A DNA stretch of 64,000 bases from Paecilomyces variotii. Lineage: Eukaryota. This document shows positions 24,661 to 37,804 of this stretch, piece by piece. The number at the start of each line of letters is the position of its first letter. Within the stretch, counting starts at the first letter, position 1. A program made the position numbers and the translations under genes. The DNA lies in assembly GCA_004022145.1 (NCBI GenBank), contig RCNU01000005.1; one strand, written 5' to 3'. Below the pieces are notes generated by a model that had not been told where the DNA came from, did no database searches, and was given only the letters and a program-made list of their open reading frames with translations.

Positions 24661-25164
24661 ATCCAGATTCCCCGAACCGGATGAAACGAAAATAAAAAAG
24701 TTATGGGACTTTTCGACGGTCTTCTATTCAGGTCGACATGATGGCGTTTTTCTCGTCTTGTTGGCGGGCTTGTCCAACTTTACTGTAGCTAGGATGGAGA
24801 TGGTCCATGGACCTGGAATGCAAGACACGATTCCCCAAACTCAAGGTGTCGCGGATTCTCCACATGGAGATGAAGCTTGATCGCCAATTTTTCCCCTTCT
24901 ACTCCCAGTGTTGCTACTGGTGATTGTGTCCAAGTCGATGTTCGGTTGCTTATTCTCAGAAATGGGAGACTACGAACAGAGACTGGCGCACGTAGGGGTC
25001 ATTGATGTGCCATTGTGCGCTTTTTCTCTCCTTTAACGGAGCTGCAATGCTGCATCAATGACCGGTAGTTATATATTTCACAATTTCGTAGACCCTGACC
25101 CGGGGTATCATCCATGAACGCCTCTATGTATCAAAAACTTTTCCGGTCCAAGACAACGTGCCGT

Positions 25165-26223
25165 TCAAATCATGTCGAGCATATCATTGTCATCATCCTC
25201 ATCCTGAGCGTTTCCAGCATCAGGTCTCGCGTCCCTCGGGGTATAACCTTCGATTGATCCTCCTGCATAGTCCTCAGGTCGAGGCACGGGAGCGGCAGCG
25301 GCAGTGGCTTGGTCTTTCTCTACGATATGAACATCGACTCTGCCCGCGCGGAATGCGGGATTGGAGTCGCCTCGCTCGACAGCAAGCTCCCTCGAGCCGT
25401 CCCTGTCGTCGCTGACGGCCAACCGGCTCATATCCTCCAGCATCTCTGCATCCCGACTACTCCCTCCCCCCATATCCAGATGGCGCAAACCGTCCACAAC
25501 ATCTCGGACTGTCGGGACATTTTTGCCCTTGTGATTTCCACCCTTCATAGCCCTGGCCTCTTCCAGTAGCAAGATCTCTTTTCCTCGCCCATCATCCGCT
25601 CTCCTCTCCCAGACCGGCTCTTCCGTCAGCTGCACACGAACGTACATGGCACGCTCCGCACATTCATCCGAACACCACATCTCCAGCTTTTCCTTGGGGA
25701 CCACCTTCATCTCGCGCCCACGGCCACCTGCTCCGCTGCCCTTGGCGCCCCATACGATTCGAAATTTCGTTTTGGGGTCCTCCTTGCGGTGTTCTCGCGG
25801 ACAGAGTGCATACCCACACAGACCCTCGATGTTGCGCTCCAGAATCAAGTTATCGTAGTCAGCTGGTTGGAATGGCCGAAGGGCCGATTTGAGGGCCTTC
25901 GCGTCGCTGGCAGAGGGCGCTGCGGGGTCTGCATTTGGAGCGGTTGGGAAGGAGACGAGCTCGAGGATGCGATCCAGAATTAGGGATTCTGCGTCTTTTT
26001 GAGCTTGGATTCGGTGCGCATGGTGCATAGCAATCGCCAGATGGCGCGGGTCTGGAGCTGGCTTGCTCTGCTGCGACGGAGGTTGCTGTCGTCGTGGGGG
26101 CTGCTGCTGCTGCTGCTGCTGTCTCATAGGCCCTGCTGGCCTGGGCTGTGAGGGACGAGCCTGCGCAGTCGAGGCCGCGTGAGCAGAAGGGATGGAAGTC
26201 TTGAGGATAGGCTTGTCGGCCAT
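25165..26223 (-). CDS. RTR1: RNA polymerase II CTD phosphatase Rtr1/RPAP2 homologue
   Basis: Intronless, 352 aa; YDNLILERNIEGLCGYALC...WCSDECA zinc-binding motif; N-terminal poly-Q from a (CAG)7 run at 26101-26121. Confidence 0.9.
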   Translation of the reverse strand: MADKPILKTSIPSAHAASTAQARPSQPRPAGPMRQQQQQQQPPRRQQPPSQQSKPAPDPRHLAIAMHHAHRIQAQKDAESLILDRILELVSFPTAPNADPAAPSASDAKALKSALRPFQPADYDNLILERNIEGLCGYALCPREHRKEDPKTKFRIVWGAKGSGAGGRGREMKVVPKEKLEMWCSDECAERAMYVRVQLTEEPVWERRADDGRGKEILLLEEARAMKGGNHKGKNVPTVRDVVDGLRHLDMGGGSSRDAEMLEDMSRLAVSDDRDGSRELAVERGDSNPAFRAGRVDVHIVEKDQATAAAAPVPRPEDYAGGSIEGYTPRDARPDAGNAQDEDDDNDMLDMI

Positions 26224-27006
26224 GGCGAGGTTGAAACAAGGTGCACGGAGCAGCCTGCCAGAGAAGAGATGAAGGGATCAAGCGCTGCCTAGCAGTCTGG
26301 GGGAAAATGAAAGGACCCCGCTAAATATGGCGCGCACCCAGGGACAGAAGGTGGTCAGTGTTGTTGGGGGCGCGCACGATGGTCGGTTTCAAGAGTGACA
26401 GAGCAGTGTTTAGTCCGTCGTGCCATGCAAGATACTCAGTAGAAACGTCGATAAATAATCAATAGATAATCCGTATACACGACGACCGGAGGGTGGCGGA
26501 GGGGTTCCCGTTGAAGTCTGAAGCACAGCCGGGTGGATCAGCGGCAGCGGCTTCTGACTTGACGTTCGGCCGCCAAACGTGACGACGCCCGTCGACTTCC
26601 TCTCGACTGCAACTAAACCTCCCAACTTCCCCCCCCGAGTAGTAGTTGGATACTCTGCTTCTTGTCCCGATACCCATCCCACCCCCGTTTAATGTTCCTC
26701 CCGGGAGGCTTATCCTGCGCACTGTGTAACTGCTGAGTGTGGCCGTCTCCATTATTTCTACCGGTATGTACTTACCCCTCTGGAGTACAGCTGTCAGCTG
26801 GGGAATGCTCTCTGCCTTACAGTGGATGCCCACCACTGACGTATCCGGCCAGGCTGCATTGCAGAGATCTTCTCAACTATCCATCCCGCATTGGCGAGCG
26901 CCCCATTAGATCAAGCTCGATTTCTTGTGTCCCCATCCCACCTGCGATCCATCGCAACCCCCTCGAGATCTCCTTTCCCCGCGATTGTCACGGCCCGGCT
27001 TGCCAG

Positions 27007-30000
27007 ATGTCCAGTCCGCCGTTCACGGTCAAAGCGGTCTTCGAATACGCTTCAGACCATGCGGATGACCTGACGTTCTCCATCGGCCAGATCATAACAG
27101 TGAAAGAGCAGGAGGACGACGATTGGTATTTCGGAGAGTATACGGACAGTTCAGGCTCCAGAAAGGAAGGTCTCTTTCCAAAGAACTTCGTGGAGAAATA
27201 TGACCCTCCAGCTCCTCCCAGGCCAACGCGCCCTGTCAGGGCCAAAAAGGAATCAGAGGTTGTTGCTGCCCTTGAGCCGGTAGACTTCCCGGCCGCGGAG
27301 AGCATGGCAGCACCTGAGCCAGAACCCGAGCCAGAAGCTGAACCGGAACCTGTCCCAGAGAAAGAGCTTGCTCCTCAGAGAGTAGTTTCTCCTCCTCCAG
27401 CAGCTGCAGCTCCCGCTCCTCAAATTCCCGCCTCGCCTCCGAAACAGGCCCCTGTTCCCGCTCCGGCGCAGCCCTCAGCAGAACCACCGCAGAACTCCGC
27501 CTCCAAGCCTCCGCCCCCAGCCAAGCCCACTGGCTCGTCCTTCAGGGATCGCATTGCAGCATTCAACAAGCCAGCAGCGCCCCCCATTGCGCCGTTCAAA
27601 CCTGGTGGGCTGAGCTCGCAGACTTTCATCAAGAAGCCGTTCGTTGCCCCGCCTCCAAGCAAAGATGCATACGTTCCCCAACCTAGAGAACCTCCTCCCA
27701 AGATCTACCGGCGGGAAGAGGATACCGAAGTTGTCAATCGTGAGCCTCCGGTGTCAGAGAGTCGACCTGTCTCACACGATACTTCTGAAGGTGCCACCGA
27801 GGAGCAACCCAAGCCCACTAGCTTGAAGGAGCGGATTGCTTTGTTGCAGCAGCAGCAATTGGAGCAGGCGGCTCGCCGTGCCGATGCAGCATCCAAGAAA
27901 GAGAAACCCAAGAAGCCACCCCCAAAGAAGCGGGCACCGTCGCAAGAACGGGCCTCGGCGGAGAGTGTGGAAATGGAACGGACCGACACGGATGAAACTG
28001 CAAGGGATCCTGCTACTGAAGTTGCTAAAGCCCAACAGCCATCGCGGGAACTTATGAGCGATACTAATGACGCCGATTACTCCGCCGCGGCTGACACCGA
28101 AGATGCAGATGAAACATCTACGAGTAAGGAGGATGCGGAAGATCGCCCTTCGCGGGAACCCAAAGAAAGCAAAGAAGAGGGCCACGAAGAGGAGGAAGAA
28201 GGAGAGGGAGAGGAGGAAGAGGAGGAGGACGAAGAGGACGACATTGACCCTGAGGTCAAGCGCAGAATGGAGCTTAGGGAGCGCATGGCTAAGATGAGCG
28301 GCGGTATGGGCATGATGGGCATGTTCGGCCCTCCCGGTGGTCTGCCTGGGATGCCTCCTGCTGGAGCTCGAAAACCAAAGCCGCCAGCTCCTGAAAGAAA
28401 GCAGTCTGCTGATTCTCAGAGAGCGGATCCGGCGGCCTATGCACCTCCTGTTCCTATCATGGCTCTGCCTGGAATGAATGCCCGGAAGGCACCTGAACCC
28501 GTGCCTCAAGTAGAGAAGGAAGAAGATACTCAAGTGGTTTCTATTACTGAGCAACATCCTGCAGACGAAGTATCTGATATCGAGGATGTCGCTCCTGCGG
28601 AGACTTCTCGTGCCTCGATCGACAGACCAGCTCCGCCTCCGCCTCAAGGTAAGAGACGCCCGCTTATTTTCTTCAATACACCACATGTAATTCTAACTAT
28701 GAGTGAAGAACGTCCAGTGCCTCCTCCAATCCCTTCAGAGCAGCCTACATCGGCGCCACCTGTGCCAGAAGGTTAGTACAATGCCCCCAGTTATAAAGTT
28801 ATACTCCTGAGTAACAAAATATGCAGCCCGACCCATTCCACCGCCGCCGCCAAGGTCTCCTGTCTCAAGTAAAGGCGAAGAGTCAGACGACGAATTGTCT
28901 GTCCATGCCAGGAATTTGTCTCTGAACGCTGTAGCTGTTGGCCAGACTCCTGCAAGGTCTGCACCTCCTGTTCCAGACCAGGAAACATCTCCCCGATCAC
29001 CAAATCGTTCATCCGTATACATCGCTACCTCACCGAAATCCCCAACCGCCGTTTCCGAAAAGAGGCTCAGTCGACCTCCCCCACCGATTCCTACCAATCC
29101 GCCTCAGTCTCCTACTCAAACTAGAGCACCTCCCCCCGTGCCTTCGATGAGCCGTAGATCCACAACTGACAGCAAGGCGACCAGTGTGCCCTCTGCCGCC
29201 CATCAAGCTGGAGAAGGCAGCGAAGGAGAGGTGACGGAATATGACGGAGATTACGATACTGATATCGCCTCCGGTGCAAAATTCAAGGACGCGCTCACTG
29301 CTCATGGACGTGATTCGAGCATAGATGATGGTACTATTACTGACGAGCCCTCCCTTCAATCACCTGTAGCTCCAGAGTCCCGACCTCCACCTCCTCCACC
29401 AAGTGTTCCAAGGGCAGTACCGCCGCCTCCTCCAAGTCAACCTCCGAAGAGCAGGGGATCTGTGGATATGCCGAGGGCGCCGCCGCCACCGCCCCCTGCT
29501 CCCAGGGAGCAATCGTTTGAAGACGACGAGTATGACCCCTACCGTTACAATGCTCCTTCTTCTCGTCACGGCGCTCCTCCTACGCCTCTCTCTCAGCCAC
29601 GAACAGCGGAGACATACGATGAGCTCTATGATACCTCCCCAGTGCAGACTCAGAGTCAGCCACCGCCGCCTCCACCACATGACAGGCGGTCGTCTGTTGC
29701 TCCTCCGCCTCCTACCCAAGGTTCATCTGGACCCCCTCCTTCATCGCGGGGATCTCGCCAGTCTGTTGATCTTCTAAGAAACCAGGGAGGAAACAGCCGG
29801 AGGTCCATGGATATTTCGCGCCCATCTCTGGACCAAGGATATATAGCGATGGATGTGGATCTTGGCCAGGCAAGTCTCTGGTGGACAGCACCAAACACTC
29901 TTCCTCCTGTGTTTCAGAACAGGAAAGATCTTCTCTACGAGATTGAGGAATCGAGCTTCACCAAGCGAGGCGGTAAAACTATTATCTCAAAGGATGTCTA

Positions 30001-30613
30001 CGTTCTTTTCATGGACTATTCTCAGACAGTTATTACTGTCCAGTACGACGCCAGAAGTCCTTCTGATGCTTCGTTTGAACAGCGCCATGAGCCCCCTCCC
30101 AACAGACCGCGCCAAGATCAGTTAGAGCAAGCTCACCTGCAGTTTGGCACCCGTATCTCGGATGCTGTCAACGCAGTTCAGAATACTACTGTCGCCGACG
30201 GGACACCTCACGCATTGGTTCAGCACCTTATCTCCCCACTTAAGGACGCGCTGCTTCCTGTGGGAATACGGGCCTATGGTGCTCTTGTGTACTCCAACCT
30301 GGCCAATGCATCTGTACAGCAGAATGACGAGATTCGTGCCGGTGATATTGTCAGTTTCCGCAATGCACGTTTCCAGGGCCACCGCGGGACTATGCATCAG
30401 AAGTATAATACCGAGGTCGGGAAACCAGACCACGTCGGTGTCGTTGTGGACTGGGACGGGACAAAGAAGAAGATTCGTGCATGGGAGCAGGGTCGGGAGA
30501 GCAAGAAGATCAAGATGGAGAGCTTCAAACTCGGTGATCTGAAAAGTGGAGAGTGCAAGGTGTGGAGAGTCATGCCGCGCAGTTGGGTCGGCTGGGACAG
30601 TGGGAAGGAGTAA
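27007..30613 (+). CDS. BBC1: SH3-domain, proline-rich actin-patch protein, Bbc1/Mti1-like
   Basis: ATG 27007 begins an SH3 domain (VKAVFEY...DDLTF...DDWYFG...GLFPKNFV); FRDRIAAF, SLKERIALL and LRERMAKMSG motifs; introns 28649-28708 and 28772-28826; conserved C-terminal globular domain. Confidence 0.85.
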
Positions 30614-31848
30614 TTTATTCTGGAGATACGGAAGATACTCCGGAACCTCCTATTAATCCAGGTAATTTTGGGTCTCTCATACGGTTCGAAGACAATGTCG
30701 ACGGCGGAATCCTCCTTTCTCCCCCAGTTGTCACCGTATAGCCCACGCAAATAAGTCACCGAAATCATCACGATGTAGATGTCCCTTTTGTTTGCCCCTT
30801 TTCACTTTGTTTATTCTCGTCCTTCGGTCTCCGATGGGGTCGAAATCAGATTGGGAATCGAATCCAATCCAATCAGACAATGTATCTACGTACCTAACCT
30901 TGAGTTATCTGTTTGTCCCCGCTCGAGAATCCATGCCTTGTATGTTATGACTTATTTCCTTGACCCCTTTCGATTCTCTATCATCTAATAGAAACCATGG
31001 ACAATCCTACATCACTCCCGCCTCAGCCATTTCTCGTCATAATTCAGTTGGGATTGCGCAAGGTTTGCGAACTCTATGCTCCCTTTGTCTTCACGTATTC
31101 ACCAACTATGCAAATGCATCCAGCTTTGGAATCGTTGCTATCTTTCCATATCCATTTCTTCTTTTCGAATCTTCTACTTATTTCAACCCAAGCATATCTA
31201 ATAGCAAATCACTATACACAAAGTGGCAGCTTCAGTAGCCTACGATAGCGTTAATAGAGTGCACGTGTTCCCAATAGTAAAAGCTGCATCTAGTTCTTAA
31301 TGGCACATTATTAGTTATACCCTTCTGCTACCCGTCAACGGCACCTCGGCTCTCCTTACCATTCTCCGAAAATCTCCAACCAATTATTCAAATACTTTAT
31401 AAACTGCAGATCTCACTTGCTAGATTTCTGCAAGATCAACTTGTTAGCAGCTAGATCTGCATATCTTTCTCCACCTGTTCATAAACATGTTTTTAGCCCA
31501 ATCAGAACACTATTACTCTAAATACGGCCCACCGTTCAGCTTGATCTATTTCAGCCTTTTTTTTTTCTCCCAAAAATGAGGTCACCAATTGTCCTATCTG
31601 TTACTGAATGCGGCGGGACCTAATGGAACTGCAGGTCATCTCCTCGCCTTGTTTACCCCTCCGAATTCGGTCTTTAAAAAATTCCCACACAGACAGATAA
31701 ACAAATATAAGCACAGTCGTCGATTTCTAGTCTCATCGTCATGTCATCCCTTGTCTCAATCACGACAGCATTGAGCATCTGATTTCGAGCCTCTTACCAC
31801 GCCTTTCTAACTCAAAAAGGCGCCTTGCCCTCGTTAAAAACAGACAAT

Positions 31849-33248
31849 ATGAAACCAAACTCTTCCACCTCCCCAAATCCATACGCATTCCCACTAAAAC
31901 CGAAAGATTACGCCCCAAACCCGGTCCCAAGTCTAGAAGAATGGCACAAGCTATGGACAGCATGGGAGCTTGTAACGTTAAAAATGATCCCGAAAGAAGC
32001 GTTACATGAAAAACCAATCCCGTTGCGGAATCCTCTTATTTTCTACTTAGGTCATATACCAACTTTGTAAGTTTTGATTCTCTTTCGTCATTGTTTGGGT
32101 TTTTCTTTTATTCTCGGACCTAGATTTTTTTTTTTTTTTTTTTTCGTCTCCAAAACAGTATTTGCTCATACGTATGCTATAAATATTTACAATATTAGTG
32201 AAGATATTCATCTGGCACGAGCAACGAACGAGTCCGCAACTGAACCTGAGTATTATCAGCGCATTTTTGAAAGGGGGATAGATCCGGATGTGGATGATCC
32301 TACTCAATGTCATGATCATAGTGAGACCCCGGATACTTGGCCGGAGTTGCATGAGATTGTGGAGTATCGAGGGAAAGTCTGCAAGCGGATCAAGGCGCTT
32401 TATGATTCTGGAAAGGCCTGGTCGGCCAGAAGTGTAGGTCGGGCTCTTTGGATTGGATTTGAGCATGAAGGTATGTGGTATATATCATCAAAGGGGAATG
32501 GAACCTCAAGAGGAAGAAATGCAAAAAAGGAAATAGACCAAACTAACCATACACAACAGGACTCCATCTCGAAACCTTCCTGTGGATGACGATTCTAAGT
32601 CCAAAAATTCTCCCACCCCCATTACCCAGACCGGATTTCGTCTCTATGGCTGAGAAAGCCGCGCGCGAACGAGTTGAGAATCAATGGTTTCGTATCGTCC
32701 CGCGGACCTTTTCAATCGGTATCGAAGACCCAGAAGACGATAGCGAGGGCAATGGCTACTTTGCATGGGACAATGAGCGTGATCCGTACGAGGTCTCTGT
32801 TCATGGTTTCGAAGCACAGGGCCGACCTGTCTCTATTGGAGAATATGCAACGTATCTGGTTGAAACTTCTCAGATGGATCGTATACCGATCTCATGGACG
32901 CGTGAATCTTCTCTCTCTGGCAAGACTATTGCCAGTGACTACTCGTATGGAGAAGATATCGACGTTCAGAAGAACTTCATTGATGGTCTCACTATCAAGA
33001 CTGTCTTCGGTCCTGTTCCTCTTAATCTTGCGCTTGACTGGCCTGTTTATATCTCATATAATGATGCAGAAGCATACGCAGACTGGGCAGGGGCTCGGAT
33101 TCCCACCCTCCACGAAGCACGCAGTATTCATCGACAAGTCGAAGAGGAAAGAAAGATTGCCGCGAACAACAGTGATGCGTTAGTATAAGCACCCCTCCTT
33201 CTTAACCTATCCTCATCCGCTCCTGTCTGAATCATGAGAATCCCCACG

Positions 33249-33281
<33 letters not shown>

Positions 33282-33842
33282 ACTCACAACCACCACACAA
33301 GAAAACAAAACCTAACACCCGGCATATCCCGAGAAGACATCTACATCGACCTAACAGGCTGCAACGTCGGCTTTCGCAACTTCCACCCTACTCCCGTAAC
33401 GCAGAACGGCAATCGACTCTGCGGCCAAAGTGATATGGGCGGCGCTTATGAGTGGACGAGTTCTCTATTTGCGCCTCAGCCGGGTTTCAAACCGATGGAT
33501 ATATATCCTGGGTATAGTGGTGGGTGTTTTTTTTTTTTTTTTCTTTAATTGATTTATTTATTCGAGTGGGTTGTTGGATAATAATGAATGACTGATTTTG
33601 TATGTATATACTTAGCCGATTTCATGGATGGAAAACATATTCTCGTCGTGGGGGGAACGTGGGCCTTGCATCCGCGGATTTCTGGGAAGAGGACTTTGTA
33701 AGCTCTCTCGGTTCTGTCTTGAAACTCCGTGTATGTGAATTAATGCAGTCACAGCCTCAATTGGTGGCAGAAAAGCTACCCATATCCCTGGGTAGGTCTT
33801 CGACTGGTCCGGGATATTCCTCCCAAACGTGAATGCAACTAG
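31849..33842 (+). CDS. Egt1/EgtB-type non-haem iron sulfoxide synthase domain protein (DinB_2 plus FGE-sulfatase fold) without a methyltransferase domain
   Basis: Exons 31849-32066, 32199-32470, 32560-33178, 33302-33519, 33616-33697 and 33755-33842 join in frame. LRNPLIFYLGHIPTF, FERGIDPDVDDPTQCHDHS, FEHEGLHLET (HxxxHxE), WPVYISYNDAEAYA, GGAYEWTSS, MDIYPGYSADF, VGGTWALHPR, NWWQKSYPYPWVGLRLVRD. Confidence 0.88.
33249..33281. repeat. (CTA)11 microsatellite inside intron 3 of the Egt1-like gene
   Basis: Directly visible; the last unit runs into CTAAC, the probable branch site. Confidence 0.95.
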
Positions 33843-34448
33843 GATTATGTGTCTTGAGAGGGTGTTCTCGGGATTTGGGTAATGTTAGATGGATGAGATC
33901 TGTACCTGCATCTGTATAGAACTTACGATACGAGTTTGTCCGCATACTTGATACTTGCTTGTGGCGATCTATAAATTCGTATAGCTCTCTTATTGAAGCA
34001 GTGGAACTCGTTGAAATTTACACTCTACAAGAGGAATGGAATGGTCTTGATGCCAAAAAAGCAAAATGAATGCCCTTTCTAGATAACAATAAGTATAGAT
34101 AGATAGAAATAAACAAGACGGGAATAGAATACATAAATGCAAAGCCAACCTATCTAAGTAAAACGGCCGACAGCCCAATGGGTATAGCCATAACCGTGAA
34201 GAAGGGAATATATTTGAGACTGGACATGAAGAAAAGGACCAGGTCTCAGGCAGAAAATCGGATATAGCAGAAGCAGGTCAATCTCTAATTTCTTTGCGTG
34301 AGGCAGCCAACTTTTATCAACGCCCCTTCTCCCCCATTGAAGAGTCTCCAGACTCTCGACTTTTTGGATCGAATGTTCACTCGCTAGTTACTACATGCGG
34401 ATCCATAGAAGGGAAGGAAAGGAAATGGTCTCGACAGGGAGTACAAAA

Positions 34449-37160
34449 TTACAGCAACAGCAACTCCCCAGTTGCTGCTCCGCCAGCCGCCTGCGGTTGA
34501 TAGATCTGCTGCTGGTTCTGGTTGACGACGTACGATGTCTGCGGGGCTCCTCCTCCGCCAGCTCCAAAGTCGTCGCGTTCACCTAGATGCATTGCTGCCA
34601 TCTGCTGGCTGCCAACGTTGTTGAAGTATACGTCTGCAGCGTTGACTGCGGCGGCCAGATCGCCTTTGTTGGACGGCGTGCCAGAGGTAGGAGAAATAGC
34701 CATTGCATCTGGGACGGGGCTCATGAGATTCATAATCCCATTGCTGGTGGTGTCCAGCTTTGGTTTCTGGAGGGCTGGGCTGGGTTGCAGCTTTTTTGCT
34801 CTGGCCGAGCGGAAGACCTGCTGGACAGGTTTCAAGTAGACAGTGGCGAGAGTACCAACGCTGAGACACAGCTCCTCGAGTGTGCGAGGGTCGAGCTTCT
34901 CGCTCTCAGCGGTGATGGGTGGCTTTTCACCCATGACAATTTGCTTCGCAGAAGCAGGATCGGTAGACAGAAGGCGCCAGTACATGTACCCTCTATCCCT
35001 CAAATCTGGGTCATCCGTGTCCTCTGTGCACCATTTCAACACCTGGGGCACCAGTTTCTGCCCCTTCGTCGGGCGCTGAATAAACATCTTCACAGTAGCT
35101 GTGAGTAATGCCAGCTGTACGTCGATGGTCTCATCATGGAAAGTTGCCAGGTAGTCCTGCAGCAAGCTATCCGAGTTTTCAATTCGATCAGCATACTGAC
35201 CGATAATCCAGATGACGGCGGCCTTGGCTTCCGGTTCGTCCAATTCATCAATATTCGAGATGACAGTGCCGATGATGCCTTCGTACTGGTTAGGGTACTT
35301 TCGGAAGATATTCCGGATGACGACGGTTGCTTCCTGCACGATATAAGGGATCTTGGCATTGACCAGCTCTAGGAGCGTATCAATACACTCGCGAGCCGCA
35401 GACTCGATCTTGATGGCCAACTTTCCGATTGCGCGCACAGCCTTGCGCACGAAGTGAACATCAATTTCCGTAGCGTATCTGTGTTAATGTTAGATGATGC
35501 ATCGAACGCTGGAGATAAACGGCCACTTACTCGCGAAGCTCTGCCAAGACAATGGAGATATTATCCTTGGTGGTAAGCATGAAGATCAACTCCAGCTTAG
35601 TCACCTTGACATAGATGGGGTCATTATATTTACAGAAGAAGACGCGGATATCGTTCCGCAAGACCTCAGGTCTTTTCTGCAGAATTAGAATCGCGTTTCG
35701 GAGCGCTAAGTACTGTACTTCTGGGGGTTTCGATAACAACGTGACCAGAGGCGGAGAGAGCTTTCGTGCGAGAGCGGTGATTTGTCGTTCATCCGCAATG
35801 TAGTTCATCAGATAAAGGATGACACGAATCGATGTCAAAACCACTGCTGAATTGGAATGAGAAAGTCGAGGCGCTATACGCTCTGCCAATAATAGCGCCT
35901 CTGAGGATTCTTTCGGTACATAAGCCATTAAAGCTTCCAGGATGTACGTCTGGCCCCATCTGGAAAACATTAGCAAAGATCATAATGGACATGCAGTCCG
36001 ACAGTCTTGAAATAAGGGAACCATACTCGGAGCAGTCAGGCAGGATCGACACTACTTTCGATGCACTGACGTAGTCAATGGTGAGCGAGATCGACTCACT
36101 ACGCTCCCAGATATCCGTCAACGCGGCAAGAACACTGGAAACAACGGTAGGGTTATCATCTTTCAACATCCGATTGAGTCGATCAATGAGATCCGAGTTC
36201 TCGACAAGCTTCTTGTCATGATCATAGAGCTTGGCGACACAGAAAGCCGCGGTTTTCCTCACGTAGGGATCTGAGTCGGTCATGAGACGTTTCAATGGCT
36301 GAACCGTTGCCTCCACAAACTCCTTCACATGAACGTAGGAAATAGTTCGCAGAGCCAATGCGCGCACCAGCGGGTTGGTATCGTCCATATCCTAAAAGAT
36401 CTCTCATCAGCATACCCAATCAGGAAAATATTTCAGATCCCGCACGTACATCCACCAGCGTTGGCAGCGCTTTCAAAGCATCTGCTGGTTTTATTCTCGC
36501 GTAATTGACCAGAAACAGAAAGCACCTGTCACAGCACGATCAGCATATGCCCCCGACTCCTCAAGTATCATCATCCCATACATCTTCTTGATCTCCAAAC
36601 TGGGAATCGTCATGCAGGCAATGACATCTGGGAACAGCCCGATCATGTCATTGTTGCTCATGGTCATGTTGGCGACAATCTTCTTGAGGGCGATCTTCTT
36701 CGCGGAGTGGTTCCGATCCTTCTTGCCGCCGCTGTTGAGCTCCTGTCGCAACTCTGCGACTTTGCCCTGTCGAGTACGAGCACATGGTGAGAAATTGTAA
36801 GGAGTATATGGAACGATTCCAACAAACATGAGGCCCAAATAAAAGAGCAATGGGGTAGAAAAGGATAACCAGTGGAGGATATCAGGGACCAGTAGTAAAA
36901 AAGGCAACTAGAGCACCAGCACAGCTATATGCTGAGGGCCGCTGCAGCAACTTGATAGCAAATGCATTCACGTATGACGCAGAGTAGCTGTCTAGTGAAG
37001 TATCCAATTCTAGACCGGCCGTATAGCGTCCAAACCGCAAAAGGGGTGGTGGCGGGGATAACAATCGGGCAAGCATCAAGATAACAGGAAGCGGGGGGTA
37101 ACGAAGTCTAAAAAGACCTACCCTTGCGAAGAGCTTCGCATCTCCCCCGCCCGAACTCAT
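34449..37160 (-). CDS. APL1: AP-2 adaptor complex beta subunit (beta-adaptin, no appendage domain)
   Basis: MSSGGGDAKLFAR|GKVAELRQELNSGGKKD, KKIVANMTM, NPLVRALALRT, DPYVRKTAAFCVAKLY, KYNDPIYVKVTKLE, DPDLRDRGYMYWRLL; multi-exon. Confidence 0.93.
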
Positions 37161-37804
37161 CTTTGGCTTTCCAGGTGACAGCGCACCGCTACCGTCCTCA
37201 GAGAACTAAGCGTCCGAACTTCCCAATGTTTCGAGCAACCGTCGATGACGGAGAGAGGGGGTTGTGCCGCGCGAATGACCACCAACGAATCTGATTATTT
37301 CTTTCCCACGCGAAAAAGGCCGGATCGGTCTTGGGATCTTCTTTTTGCGGAGGAATTCGTTCACATGAGACGGGTGTTGTCGCACACCAGCGGACGAAAT
37401 GGCTTCTGAAGCTACTTAGCTGGTTGGCTGTACGGGAGACAGCGCGGCATCCATGCCTCGACTTTCGGTTGCGCGTCGATCAACTAGGGGGTCGTGCTTG
37501 GAGGAGTCGAAGTGACGGAAGATGCCGAACAGGACCGTCTCTCCCTCAAGAAGAGTAACTAGTGGAACAGTAGAAGTTGTAGATAGAGACCAGAAGTCCT
37601 CACAGAGTCCAATCTGACAACGTTCGGAGCGGCCTGGAAGGGCCGGAGAAGGGAAGACGCCGAAGCGCAAGCAACTTTCCGTGGTGGATCTCCCGCCCAA
37701 CTCCACACTGCGTAGAGCAACAGGACGACCATCTTGATATCCTGATATCAACGCTCTCAAACAACAGATAGTCTACTCCAGATAGGCCATCTTGCCTCAT
37801 TACG

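Noticed and set aside
26737-27006. 90-residue N-terminal extension of the BBC1-like ORF (and the 43-residue extension of MRP51 from 22109)
   Set aside because: Both start at non-ATG codons in the ORF track; the first ATGs (27007 and 22238) sit directly at the SH3 domain and the presequence.
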